Sequence record: DRR723986_6707
Length of the DNA: 61,214 bases
Direction: 5' to 3' (one strand)
The notes beneath the pieces are model-generated. The model did not search any database, had not been told where the DNA came from, and worked only from the letters and a program-made list of their open reading frames with translations. Made by a program: the position numbers and the translations under genes. Within the stretch, counting starts at the first letter, position 1; each line of letters begins with the position of its first letter. Below are positions 48,808 to 57,259 of the stretch, piece after piece.

Positions 48808-49752
48808 ATGGAAATCTTACTGGCAGCTCCGAGGGGATTTTGCGCGGGCGTCAACATGGCCGTCAACAGCCTCGACCTGGCAATCGGGCACTTCGGCACG
48901 CCGATTTACGTGTATCACGAGATTGTGCACAACCAGTTTGTAGTGAAAACCTTTGAGGCAAAGGGGGCTATCTTCGTTGATTCTATCGAAGATGTACCCG
49001 AGGGTTCCATTGTGCTGTTTTCTGCCCATGGCGTTTCGCCCGCGATCCGAGAAGCTGCCAAGGCGAGGAATCTGAATGCCATCGACGCAACGTGCCCGTT
49101 GGTTACGAAGGTTCACCTGGAGGCAATTAAATACGCGAAGGGCGGTTACTCGATTATCCTGATCGGCCACGAAGGCCATGATGAAGTCATCGGAACGATG
49201 GGTGAGGCCCCTGAGGCGATTATTTTGGTCGAAGATCAGGAGGATATTGATCGCCTGGAATTTGAAGAAGGGTGCAAGCTAGCCTACCTGACTCAGACGA
49301 CTCTTAGTGTTGATGACGCGAATCGGATTATTGAGGGGCTTCGGGCGAAATTTCCTTGGATTGAGAGCCCTCCGAAAGAAGACATCTGCTACGCGACTCA
49401 GAATCGCCAGGAGGCGGTGAAGACTCTTAGCGAACAAGCCGACGTGGTCCTAGTGCTTGGAAGTCAGAATAGTAGTAATAGCCAGCGACTACGCGAGCTC
49501 GGGCTCGAAAAAGGCAAGCAGGCTTACTTGATCGATGGCAAGGAGGATATCCAGCAGGATTGGTTTGACGGTACCGAGCGGGTGATGGTGACCGCTGGGG
49601 CGAGTGCTCCGGAATCCGTCGTGCAGGAAACTGTTGAGTGGTTGTGCGAACGCTACGGCGCGACGCTTCGCGAACAGGTTGTTAAGACAGAGGATGTTCA
49701 ATTTCCTCTTCCAAAGGCGCTCCGGCAGATCGCCAAGGAACAGTCGGCCTGA
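48808..49752 (+). CDS. ispH: 4-hydroxy-3-methylbut-2-enyl diphosphate reductase
   Basis: PRGFCAGV, IVHN, SAHG, DATCPLVTKVH, QTTLS, ICYATQNRQ, NSSNS, TAGASAPE. Confidence 0.97.
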   Translation: MEILLAAPRGFCAGVNMAVNSLDLAIGHFGTPIYVYHEIVHNQFVVKTFEAKGAIFVDSIEDVPEGSIVLFSAHGVSPAIREAAKARNLNAIDATCPLVTKVHLEAIKYAKGGYSIILIGHEGHDEVIGTMGEAPEAIILVEDQEDIDRLEFEEGCKLAYLTQTTLSVDDANRIIEGLRAKFPWIESPPKEDICYATQNRQEAVKTLSEQADVVLVLGSQNSSNSQRLRELGLEKGKQAYLIDGKEDIQQDWFDGTERVMVTAGASAPESVVQETVEWLCERYGATLREQVVKTEDVQFPLPKALRQIAKEQSA

Positions 49753-49928
49753 TACCACCTTTCGGTGGCGCGCCACAAGCCACTTGGCTCGATGTGTGGC
49801 CGCTGTCTTGGGGCGGCGCTCATCAGCGGTAGCGATTGTGGCCTGGCGATGGTAGGCTCTGACGAGTTTCACAACGTCTCACGCACCTTCTCCATCCGCG
49901 CTTCTGGCGCTGATCCGAAAGCAGTGAA

Positions 49929-50927
49929 ATGAACGCAGAGTTACGCAGTGAGCTGGATGCTCTGGCGGAGAATTGGCCGCATCGGCATCTTCTGGATTTG
50001 GAAAGCCTCTCGGCTGAGGATATCCAGACGCTTCTCGACACAGCAGAACTGCTCATCAAAGCCCTTGCTCAAGAGGGCAAGAAACTGGATTTGCTTACTG
50101 GCAACACGGTCGCCAATCTTTTCTTTGAGAACAGTACACGAACGCGGAACAGCTTTTCGCTTGCCGCAAAGCGTCTGGGAGCCGACACGGTCGAATTCTC
50201 AGCAAGTGGTTCGTCGGTCGCCAAAGGCGAAACGTTCATTGATACGGCCAAGACCATTGAAGCGATGGGTGCAACGGCTGTTGTTGCTCGGCACCAGACA
50301 CCGGGCACAAGTCACTTGCTGGCGCAGCACTTGGATTGCCCTGTCCTGAATGCCGGGGACGGCCCACATGAACATCCTACGCAGGGGCTGCTGGACATTC
50401 TGACCATCCGTCAGCGAGTCCCAAAGATAGAGGGGCTAACGGTCGCTTTGGTCGGAGATATTGCCCACAGCCGTACGGCTCGAAGCAACATTTTCGGGCT
50501 GAGAAAGCTGGGGGCGAACGTCATCGTTTGCGGACCTGCCACGCTAGTGTCGAAGAGTTGGGAGACGCTGGGCGTGGAAGTGGCTCACAACCTTGACGAG
50601 ATTTTGCCCCGATGCGACGTTTTGAATTTGTTGCGGATTCAATTCGAACGACAGGCGATACGTCCATTTCCATCTGTCCGTGAATACGCGCTCCTGTACG
50701 CCATGAACACTCAGCGGATGGCACTTGCGAAGAAAGACATCTTGATCATGGCACCTGGGCCGATTAACCGAGGTGTTGAGATTACACCCGAGGTGGCCGA
50801 CGGTCCTCACTCGGTGATTCTCCAGCAGGTCTCCAACGGTATTGCGGTACGCATGGCCGCGCTTTGGTTACTGCTCTCACGCAGTCGTGCAAGTTCTCAA
50901 TCTCCTGAATCGGTGGTGTCGTCGTGA
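49929..50927 (+). CDS. pyrB: Aspartate carbamoyltransferase catalytic subunit
   Basis: [55 protein letters not shown]. Confidence 0.96.
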   Translation: MNAELRSELDALAENWPHRHLLDLESLSAEDIQTLLDTAELLIKALAQEGKKLDLLTGNTVANLFFENSTRTRNSFSLAAKRLGADTVEFSASGSSVAKGETFIDTAKTIEAMGATAVVARHQTPGTSHLLAQHLDCPVLNAGDGPHEHPTQGLLDILTIRQRVPKIEGLTVALVGDIAHSRTARSNIFGLRKLGANVIVCGPATLVSKSWETLGVEVAHNLDEILPRCDVLNLLRIQFERQAIRPFPSVREYALLYAMNTQRMALAKKDILIMAPGPINRGVEITPEVADGPHSVILQQVSNGIAVRMAALWLLLSRSRASSQSPESVVSS

Positions 50928-52204
50928 GTGAATGTTGGCTGATATCTGGCGGGCGTGTCGTCGATCCGTCGCAGCAGATTGATCAAGCTGCTCGATTGTT
51001 GATAAGAGACGGCAAGATTGCGGCGATTGACCCAAGCGATGATGATCTGCCTGCAGATGTCAAGCACTATGATGCGTCGGGATGCGTCGTTGCGCCTGGG
51101 CTGGTGGACTTGCTTTCTGAGTTGGGTGAACCGGGCCGGGAAGAGAACGAGACGATTGAGTCTGGGACGAAGGCAGCCGTTCACGGTGGTTTTACGTCGA
51201 TCGCCTGTGCTGCAAATACGGATCCACCAATCGATACACCCGCGGCCGTCGAGTTCGTGCGGCAAAAGGCGGCTCGAGCAGACCAGTGCCGTGTCTATCC
51301 GATCGGTAGCGTGAGCAAGGGAAGAGAAGGGGAGGAGCTGGCGGAAATTGGAGCGTTGGTTGATGCCGGGGCGATTGCCCTGAGTGATTCACCTCGACCG
51401 CTTCATAACACGGCGTTGCTTCGGCGGGCGCTTGAGTACTGCTCCATGTTCGATCGACCCATCATTGATCGACCTGAAGTGCCCAGTTTGACCCGCGGCG
51501 GCGTGATGCACGAGGGGATTACACAACTGGTGCTTGCATTGGCTCCGATTCCAGCCGAGGCAGAAGACTTGGCGACATCTCGTGATCTACGGCTTCTGGA
51601 ATCTACCGGTGGTTTGTTACACCTGAGTGGCGTATCGACGGCTGGGAGTGTCGAGCTTGTTCGGCGTTACAAAGGTCGTGGATTGCCAGTAACGGTTGGC
51701 GTGAACGTTTCCAATCTGTGCTTCCTGGACGAGATGTTGCGCTCGTTTGACTCTAATTTGAAAGTCAATCCACCGCTGCGAAGTAGTGAGCATGTCGAAG
51801 CCTGCTTGAACGCGGTTTGCGATGGCACGATTGACGTCATCTCTGCTGGCCACCAACCCAAGTCGTTAGAAAAGAAGATGCAGGAGCTCGACTTTGTGCC
51901 CTTCGGAGTCACTTCTTTGGATACGACTTTGGCGCAGTTGAATACGCACTTTATTGAATCTGGGCGACTGTCTTGGAGCCGTGCGATCGAATGCCTTAGC
52001 ACCAACCCGGCGAGCGTGCTGCGCATTTCAGCCGGAAGTCTGGCCGTTCGTCAGCCCGCTGATATGTTGGTCTTTGACCCCAATCACGAGTGGGAGGTGA
52101 AGCGAAGTGCTCTTGCATCCAGGAGCTCAAACACTCCACTATTGGGCGAAACTCTTCGTGGCCGCGTCCGGCAAACCTGGGTCGCTGGAATCGCAAGGCT
52201 GTAG
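50924..52204 (+). CDS. pyrC: Dihydroorotase homolog lacking metal ligands (probable inactive PyrC'/PyrX)
   Basis: Type I DHOase frame ([30 protein letters not shown]) overlapping pyrB. DLLSELG replaces DxHxHxR and SAGH replaces TDH. Confidence 0.85.
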   Translation: MSECWLISGGRVVDPSQQIDQAARLLIRDGKIAAIDPSDDDLPADVKHYDASGCVVAPGLVDLLSELGEPGREENETIESGTKAAVHGGFTSIACAANTDPPIDTPAAVEFVRQKAARADQCRVYPIGSVSKGREGEELAEIGALVDAGAIALSDSPRPLHNTALLRRALEYCSMFDRPIIDRPEVPSLTRGGVMHEGITQLVLALAPIPAEAEDLATSRDLRLLESTGGLLHLSGVSTAGSVELVRRYKGRGLPVTVGVNVSNLCFLDEMLRSFDSNLKVNPPLRSSEHVEACLNAVCDGTIDVISAGHQPKSLEKKMQELDFVPFGVTSLDTTLAQLNTHFIESGRLSWSRAIECLSTNPASVLRISAGSLAVRQPADMLVFDPNHEWEVKRSALASRSSNTPLLGETLRGRVRQTWVAGIARL

Positions 52205-52214
52205 CTTTCGTCGG

Positions 52215-54047
52215 TTACTTACCCAAGTGAACGATGAAATACTCGTGCTGTAGCCACAGAGGGTTCAAGTCGAAGCGAATGGCGAGCGCGTTGCGTGGAC
52301 GCGTGCTGGTGACTTTGGGTAGTTCTCGCCCAATTGGAACTAGGTTCGATGCGATCGAAGGTAGCGAGCAGTAACGTGCCAGGCTGGATTCAATCGCAAT
52401 GTTTCCTGCCTTGCCACCAACACTCTCAAAGTCTCCACGCTCGGCCGACAAGAGTGCTGCCGCGGCTGCCACCGAAAGTGGCTTACCGTTGTCATCTGTG
52501 AGCAAATCATGCCGAAGCATCTGAAGCTGCTCGTTGTTAAGAATCGACGTGTCAAGGCGAACTCGGCTGTAGAACCCGCCGGTCAAGGAACTCATCCACA
52601 TTGAGCCGTTGTCCAGCACTCGAAGCCTGCCCGTTGAGCAAACAGCCGATCCGATCACCTGGTCGACATCTTCAACTACGGCCGGCACTGGTTTGAGGAG
52701 GACTGGATAGTCACCGTTCTTGACAGTATAGAGCCTCGGTTTGTTTGCGACCGACGTCAGTTTTTGCTGGGCAAGGTCGTCGACGCTTGGGCACTGTTTC
52801 TGCAAGTGTTGTTGGCTGGCAGACGCAAATTTCCGCCGCCAATCGAGGATTTCCGATGTTGCATAGTCGTAGTTAAAAGCAACTTCGTCCAGTTCAGCCT
52901 TTTCGCTCAGTACGTTTAATGACTCGTCCAGTTTTGTCAAGTTTACCGATGCGTCGAGGCGCATTCGGAGATCGGCAATCTGTCCAACGTAGTCGTGGTA
53001 CTTGGTCAAGGCGTCCGCTGGTGAGCATGATTGTGCATCGGAAGTGATCAGCTTGGCCAGTGCGGAAACGATCCGGGATGCCAGTTTGGCGGCTTCACCA
53101 TTTGAGGAAGCCGTAGTCGACGTCGGTTGCTCACCACTTGGGTCACCATAATCGTCTCCGTAGTCTTCGCCGTATCCAACTGCCACTGGGCCTTTCGATG
53201 TAAGCATCTGACGCAGGGCGGAATAGCGAACGGCTGCTAAGTGAGCCATCTTCCACTCGGCGACGATCGCCTTGAACAGTTCCGGGCCTGCAAGTGATTG
53301 TCCTTTCCACTGGACGTTTTCGCCGGTGAACTTGATGCTGAGCGAATCGTTGATCAGAGTTTCGTATTTTTCGCGAAGCTTGCTAATCTCCTGGTTAATA
53401 TCCTGGCTCGCTTGATTGCGTCGGACGCGGGCCATCGTCGAGCGGATTTTCCCTTCGGTGGCGTTCAAATTGTCGTAAACAACTCGCTTGTTCTTCGGGT
53501 TAAGCAAGCCACCGAGTGCAAAAGTCTTGTCGTAGTAGCTATCGAGCTTCTTTTCGGCCGCCCGTGGGTCACTTGCTAGAAGCTGCCCAAACGACTGGAT
53601 CTCCTTCGTGCGTTTCGCAAATGATTTCTGAAGCTGTGCGAGCGCCTTCTGTCGCACAGGTCCGCTCTTCGGGGTTGCCCAGAAGCGAGTCAGTGTATTG
53701 GCTAGGAATTTGCCATACTCTTGCTCCCGAAATTGAAAATCCACGGCTGCTGGCTCGTAACATGCATCGAGACTCTGCTGCCATCGACGAAATTGTTCAA
53801 CGGTTACGTAGAGCTTCGATACCTCTTTAGCGTCAGGGCCTCGCCCTTTGCTCAATCGATCAAATGATTTGCGTATCGATGCATCGGCCGTCACTAGGTT
53901 TTGCCAAAGTTCGTTTGAGTCAGTTGATACACCAATCTTTGCGATCGGCAGAAACGGATCCTTTGGGGTTGGGTCGGCAGCGATCCCGCGGTTGGCGAGG
54001 GCAGCTACACACGTGATGAAAGCGAGGCGTGTTGTTGTAGACATCAT
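52215..54047 (-). CDS. Secreted hypothetical protein, largely alpha-helical
   Basis: 610-aa ORF with signal peptide. Short YG(E/D)D repeat (GYGEDYGDDYGDP). Family not recognised. Confidence 0.65.
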   Translation of the reverse strand: MMSTTTRLAFITCVAALANRGIAADPTPKDPFLPIAKIGVSTDSNELWQNLVTADASIRKSFDRLSKGRGPDAKEVSKLYVTVEQFRRWQQSLDACYEPAAVDFQFREQEYGKFLANTLTRFWATPKSGPVRQKALAQLQKSFAKRTKEIQSFGQLLASDPRAAEKKLDSYYDKTFALGGLLNPKNKRVVYDNLNATEGKIRSTMARVRRNQASQDINQEISKLREKYETLINDSLSIKFTGENVQWKGQSLAGPELFKAIVAEWKMAHLAAVRYSALRQMLTSKGPVAVGYGEDYGDDYGDPSGEQPTSTTASSNGEAAKLASRIVSALAKLITSDAQSCSPADALTKYHDYVGQIADLRMRLDASVNLTKLDESLNVLSEKAELDEVAFNYDYATSEILDWRRKFASASQQHLQKQCPSVDDLAQQKLTSVANKPRLYTVKNGDYPVLLKPVPAVVEDVDQVIGSAVCSTGRLRVLDNGSMWMSSLTGGFYSRVRLDTSILNNEQLQMLRHDLLTDDNGKPLSVAAAAALLSAERGDFESVGGKAGNIAIESSLARYCSLPSIASNLVPIGRELPKVTSTRPRNALAIRFDLNPLWLQHEYFIVHLGK

Positions 54048-54061
54048 TTGTTGGGCGCCAC

Positions 54062-54682
54062 TTACTGCATGCTGGCTTGAAAGGAGCCGCGAACGACGGC
54101 TTCGGTGCTGGTTGAAGATTGCATGGGACCGGCGAAGCTACCGTTTACTTCCCCGGACTGCAGGTTGTTAAGCTTTACCGCGATGGGCCCGGCGCTGGTT
54201 GCCCAGATTGGTCCATTTGCCTCCAGTTGAATGAAGAGCTGGCCAGAAATCTCCTTCGTCAACAAAGACTCAATACTGGTTTCTTTGGTTACGCCGTGGA
54301 AATAGTATGCCGGGAATCGTTTCTGTTCTTTGTCGGCGTAAGAGCGGATCTGCAAAACGCTACCGTGCTTGGGGCTGACGGGTATCAGCTCGCAATAGGT
54401 TCCAACGACGTCAACATTCTTGTTGTTGATCGACAGTGTCGTTTTGCCAGATTCGACAAGCGATGCGACTCCCGGTGCCGCTTGCAAGAGATCGCCTTTT
54501 GCCTTGGATGCGGCGGAGCTAGCTTTTTCAGCGGTGTCTTGCAGGGAGTTGCCTGCGGATTCGACAGCATTACCAGCTTTTTGAGCAACTTGCTCAGCTA
54601 TCTTCTGAGCCTGCTCTTTGCTACATCCAGATGCAGCGCAGACCGATAGCACAAGTGCCAGTCGGAAGAAAAGAATTTTCAC
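54062..54682 (-). CDS. Hypothetical lipoprotein
   Basis: Signal ending ASGC (lipobox), Ala/Lys-rich helix, beta-rich C-terminus. GTG 54682 likely start. Confidence 0.65.
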   Translation of the reverse strand: MKILFFRLALVLSVCAASGCSKEQAQKIAEQVAQKAGNAVESAGNSLQDTAEKASSAASKAKGDLLQAAPGVASLVESGKTTLSINNKNVDVVGTYCELIPVSPKHGSVLQIRSYADKEQKRFPAYYFHGVTKETSIESLLTKEISGQLFIQLEANGPIWATSAGPIAVKLNNLQSGEVNGSFAGPMQSSTSTEAVVRGSFQASMQ

Positions 54683-54853
54683 GGAAGTCCCCAATTGCAA
54701 CGAACATTGACAATTCAGTCCTTCCCTCACCGCTTCTTAGGATAGCAGCCACATCGGCCGCATTCAAGCTCGTTGCAAACGATTGTTCGTGGTTGCTATG
54801 AGCGCAATGAGAATGCCGTTTATCTAGGGGAAATTCTTGCTTGCGAAGCGCAT

Positions 54854-54894
54854 AAAAAAAGCCGCCATGAAAAGTCAGTGACTTCTCAGGCGAC
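54854..54894 (-). terminator. Intrinsic terminator
   Basis: Minus strand GTCGCC-TGAGAAGTC-ACT-GACTTTTCA-T-GGCGGC followed by T7. Confidence 0.7.
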
Positions 54895-55060
54895 CATGAA
54901 TCCTCCGACCGACGGCGGCAAAAAGCGGAGCCGCTGCGAGACTGGCGTGGGCCGAGCGTGCTTCTGCACAAGCTACTTATGGTCCAAGCCAACGCTAAAA
55001 ATTGGTCCCTCTGCCGGAATAAGGCCGGAAGTTCTTTTTCAGTAGGCAATCACGCCCACA
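54854..55060 (-). ncRNA. Candidate sRNA or attenuated structured leader of about 200 nt
   Basis: Bounded by a promoter-like sequence and the terminator, with several internal hairpins and no plausible ORF on this strand. Confidence 0.4.
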
Positions 55061-55065
55061 GATTT

Positions 55066-55093
55066 ACTATAGGGCGCAAGCGACTGGCAGCAA
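55066..55093 (-). promoter_or_regulatory. Possible sigma70 promoter
   Basis: TTGCTG-N16-TATAGT on the minus strand. Confidence 0.4.
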
Positions 55094-55294
55094 GGTTCAT
55101 CGGTTCAGGTACCTCGCAAACATTGGCTTTTTCAGTCAAAATTCGCCTTCGTCAATCATGCCAGCAAAACCGGGGCGCATCGGCGGCCTTCCGTCATGTG
55201 GGATCTACCGCGGAGCCGATCCAGCTAACTCTTGTAAGGTTCGTGTCTTCCGGACTTGCCGCAAACCCGCTCAATTTATCTAGACTACCGAACT

Positions 55295-56293
55295 ATGAGC
55301 CTCAACAAATCAGCGGAAAAAGTGTTCGACGCGATGGTCGCTCGTGCGGTCGAATTGCGAATCGAATCCCACAAAATTGGTGGTGCTACCGTTCTCGATT
55401 GTGGGGCAAAGTGTCCAGGAGGGCTGGAGGCCGGCATCGAGATGGCCAAGCTCTGTCTGGCTGGCCCTGCGGAAGTATCTATCGTGCCCGGCGACAGGTT
55501 TGTTTCACCAGGTCCCTGGGTTAGCGTCCGCACTGATTGGCCCGTCGAGGCGTGTATGTTTGGGCAGTACGCGGGATGGCCCGTTAAAGCTGGCGACTAC
55601 TTTGCGATGGGTTCGGGGCCGATGCGAATCAAGCGCGGCAAAGAAGATGTTTTGAAGCATCTGGGTGCATCGGATGACTCTCCGACCGCGGTTGGAACGC
55701 TTGAGACCGCCGAACTTCCGACGCCTGAAGTGATCGCAGCTATGGCCGATGAATGTTCTGTGGATGAAAGTGGATTGCGGATCGCCGTTGCGCCAACCAG
55801 CAGCCTGGCGGGCAACGTTCAAGTCGTAGCTCGGAGCGTGGAGACAAGTCTTCACAAGCTTCACGAATTGGGGTTTGATCTGCCTGCCGTGAAGAGTGCC
55901 TACGGGTTGGCTCCTTTGCCAACGCCCACTCCAGATTTTGCCAAGGGAATTGGTCGAACCAACGATGCGATCCTCTATGGAGGCAGCGTTGTGTTGTACG
56001 TGGACAGTACCGATGATGCCATCCAGGCGGTTGTTGAGAAGGTTCCAAGTTGTGCTTCCGCAGATTTTGGCCGGCCATTCCACGAGATCTTCAAAGGCTG
56101 CGGTTACGACTTTTACAAGATAGATCCTGGCCTGTTCAGTCCGGCTGAGGTGACGATCGTGAATTTAGCTACCGGCAACAGCAACCGCGCTGGCGGTCTC
56201 CGCAGTGATTTGATCGCCCGTTCGTTCGGCTACGCCTCAGGTGAAGGGCAATCAGCGAACCACGAGGCCGTTGAGAAAGCGGTTGATCAGTGA
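55295..56293 (+). CDS. mch: Methenyltetrahydromethanopterin cyclohydrolase
   Basis: MSLN, GGLEAG, ACMFGQYAGW, FAMGSGPMR, APTSSLAGNVQVVARSVET, GRTNDAILYGG, DFYKIDPGLFSPA. ATG 55295 preferred. Confidence 0.95.
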   Translation: MSLNKSAEKVFDAMVARAVELRIESHKIGGATVLDCGAKCPGGLEAGIEMAKLCLAGPAEVSIVPGDRFVSPGPWVSVRTDWPVEACMFGQYAGWPVKAGDYFAMGSGPMRIKRGKEDVLKHLGASDDSPTAVGTLETAELPTPEVIAAMADECSVDESGLRIAVAPTSSLAGNVQVVARSVETSLHKLHELGFDLPAVKSAYGLAPLPTPTPDFAKGIGRTNDAILYGGSVVLYVDSTDDAIQAVVEKVPSCASADFGRPFHEIFKGCGYDFYKIDPGLFSPAEVTIVNLATGNSNRAGGLRSDLIARSFGYASGEGQSANHEAVEKAVDQ

Positions 56294-57195
56294 ATGAAGG
56301 TCAGTGTTCCCAGGTGCGAGTCGCTGTTTTGGGCTCCCCGGAAGGCTATTATGCCCGGCAGTTGGTCGCAGCCGCTCGCTGTGTGCATTGCGATGTAAAG
56401 GTTGAGGTGGAGGCTGTCGACTATCGCAACCTTCAAGCACGCGTGATCGATGGCAGGCTTCGGTGTCTGGACGGGTTTAACGCATGCATTGCTCGCACCA
56501 TGCCGCCGGGATCACTTGAGCAAGTCATCTTTCGCATGGATTGTCTGCACAACTTTGAAGCTTCGGGACGCCTCGTCTTCAATCCTCCTCGTAGCTTGGA
56601 AACCGCCATCGATAAATGGCTAACGCTCGCACGGCTTGCTGAAGCCGGTATCCCGGTCCCAGACACGATCGCATGCCAAGATCGCCGATCCGCCTTAGAA
56701 GCTTTCGAGGCTCTCGGCGGTGAAGTTGTCGTCAAGCCTATTTTTGGCGGGGAAGGACGCGGAATCATGCGGCTGGAGTCCGACGCGCTGGCTCATCGCG
56801 TCTTTAATTCGCTGGATACGCTCTCCAGCGTTCTCTACGTGCAAGAGTTTATGCCGCATTTCGGGTACGATATTCGCGTTCTGTTTGTTGGCGACAAAGC
56901 GTTCGCGATAAAGCGGTTTGCGGTCGACGGATGGCTGACCAATGTTGCCCAGGGTGGTCGCGCGGAAGCCTACCAGCCCTCCGAGGAAGAGCTTGGGCTC
57001 GCAAGAGCGGCGGCTGGCGTTGTTGGTGGAAGTATCGTCGGAGTCGACCTTTTGCCAACCAAAGAAAGAGGCATGGTCGTCCTGGAGGTTAATTCAGTCC
57101 CAGGATGGAAGGCCACACAGGCGGCGCACGGTGTTGATATGAGTGAGCTGGTGCTCAGCTACGTCGTCAGGCAGGTAGTTGGAAGTCGGGAGTAG
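56290..57195 (+). CDS. RimK-family ATP-grasp ligase (Orf5-like, linked to H4MPT/methanofuran cofactors)
   Basis: GSLEQVIFRMD.LH, AIDKWLT, VVKPIFGGEGRG, YVQEF, DIRV, TNVAQGG, GVDLL, LEVNSVPGW. Overlaps mch. Confidence 0.88.
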   Translation: MNEGQCSQVRVAVLGSPEGYYARQLVAAARCVHCDVKVEVEAVDYRNLQARVIDGRLRCLDGFNACIARTMPPGSLEQVIFRMDCLHNFEASGRLVFNPPRSLETAIDKWLTLARLAEAGIPVPDTIACQDRRSALEAFEALGGEVVVKPIFGGEGRGIMRLESDALAHRVFNSLDTLSSVLYVQEFMPHFGYDIRVLFVGDKAFAIKRFAVDGWLTNVAQGGRAEAYQPSEEELGLARAAAGVVGGSIVGVDLLPTKERGMVVLEVNSVPGWKATQAAHGVDMSELVLSYVVRQVVGSRE

Positions 57196-57259
57196 GTTCT
57201 CGCGGAATTGGACCTAGCAACGCAGCGAATATTGAATTTGCGGGAAGAGAATTATCAGC

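Noticed and set aside
54854-55060. TPP, SAM-I or ZTP riboswitch, or a tRNA
   Set aside because: Only fragments match (CCGG..CCGGCAGAGGGA, GGCAGAGGGAC, plus-strand GACTGGCG, ...CACGCCA). UGAGA and CCUGAU, the SAM-I core, the ZTP second stem and a T-loop are all missing.
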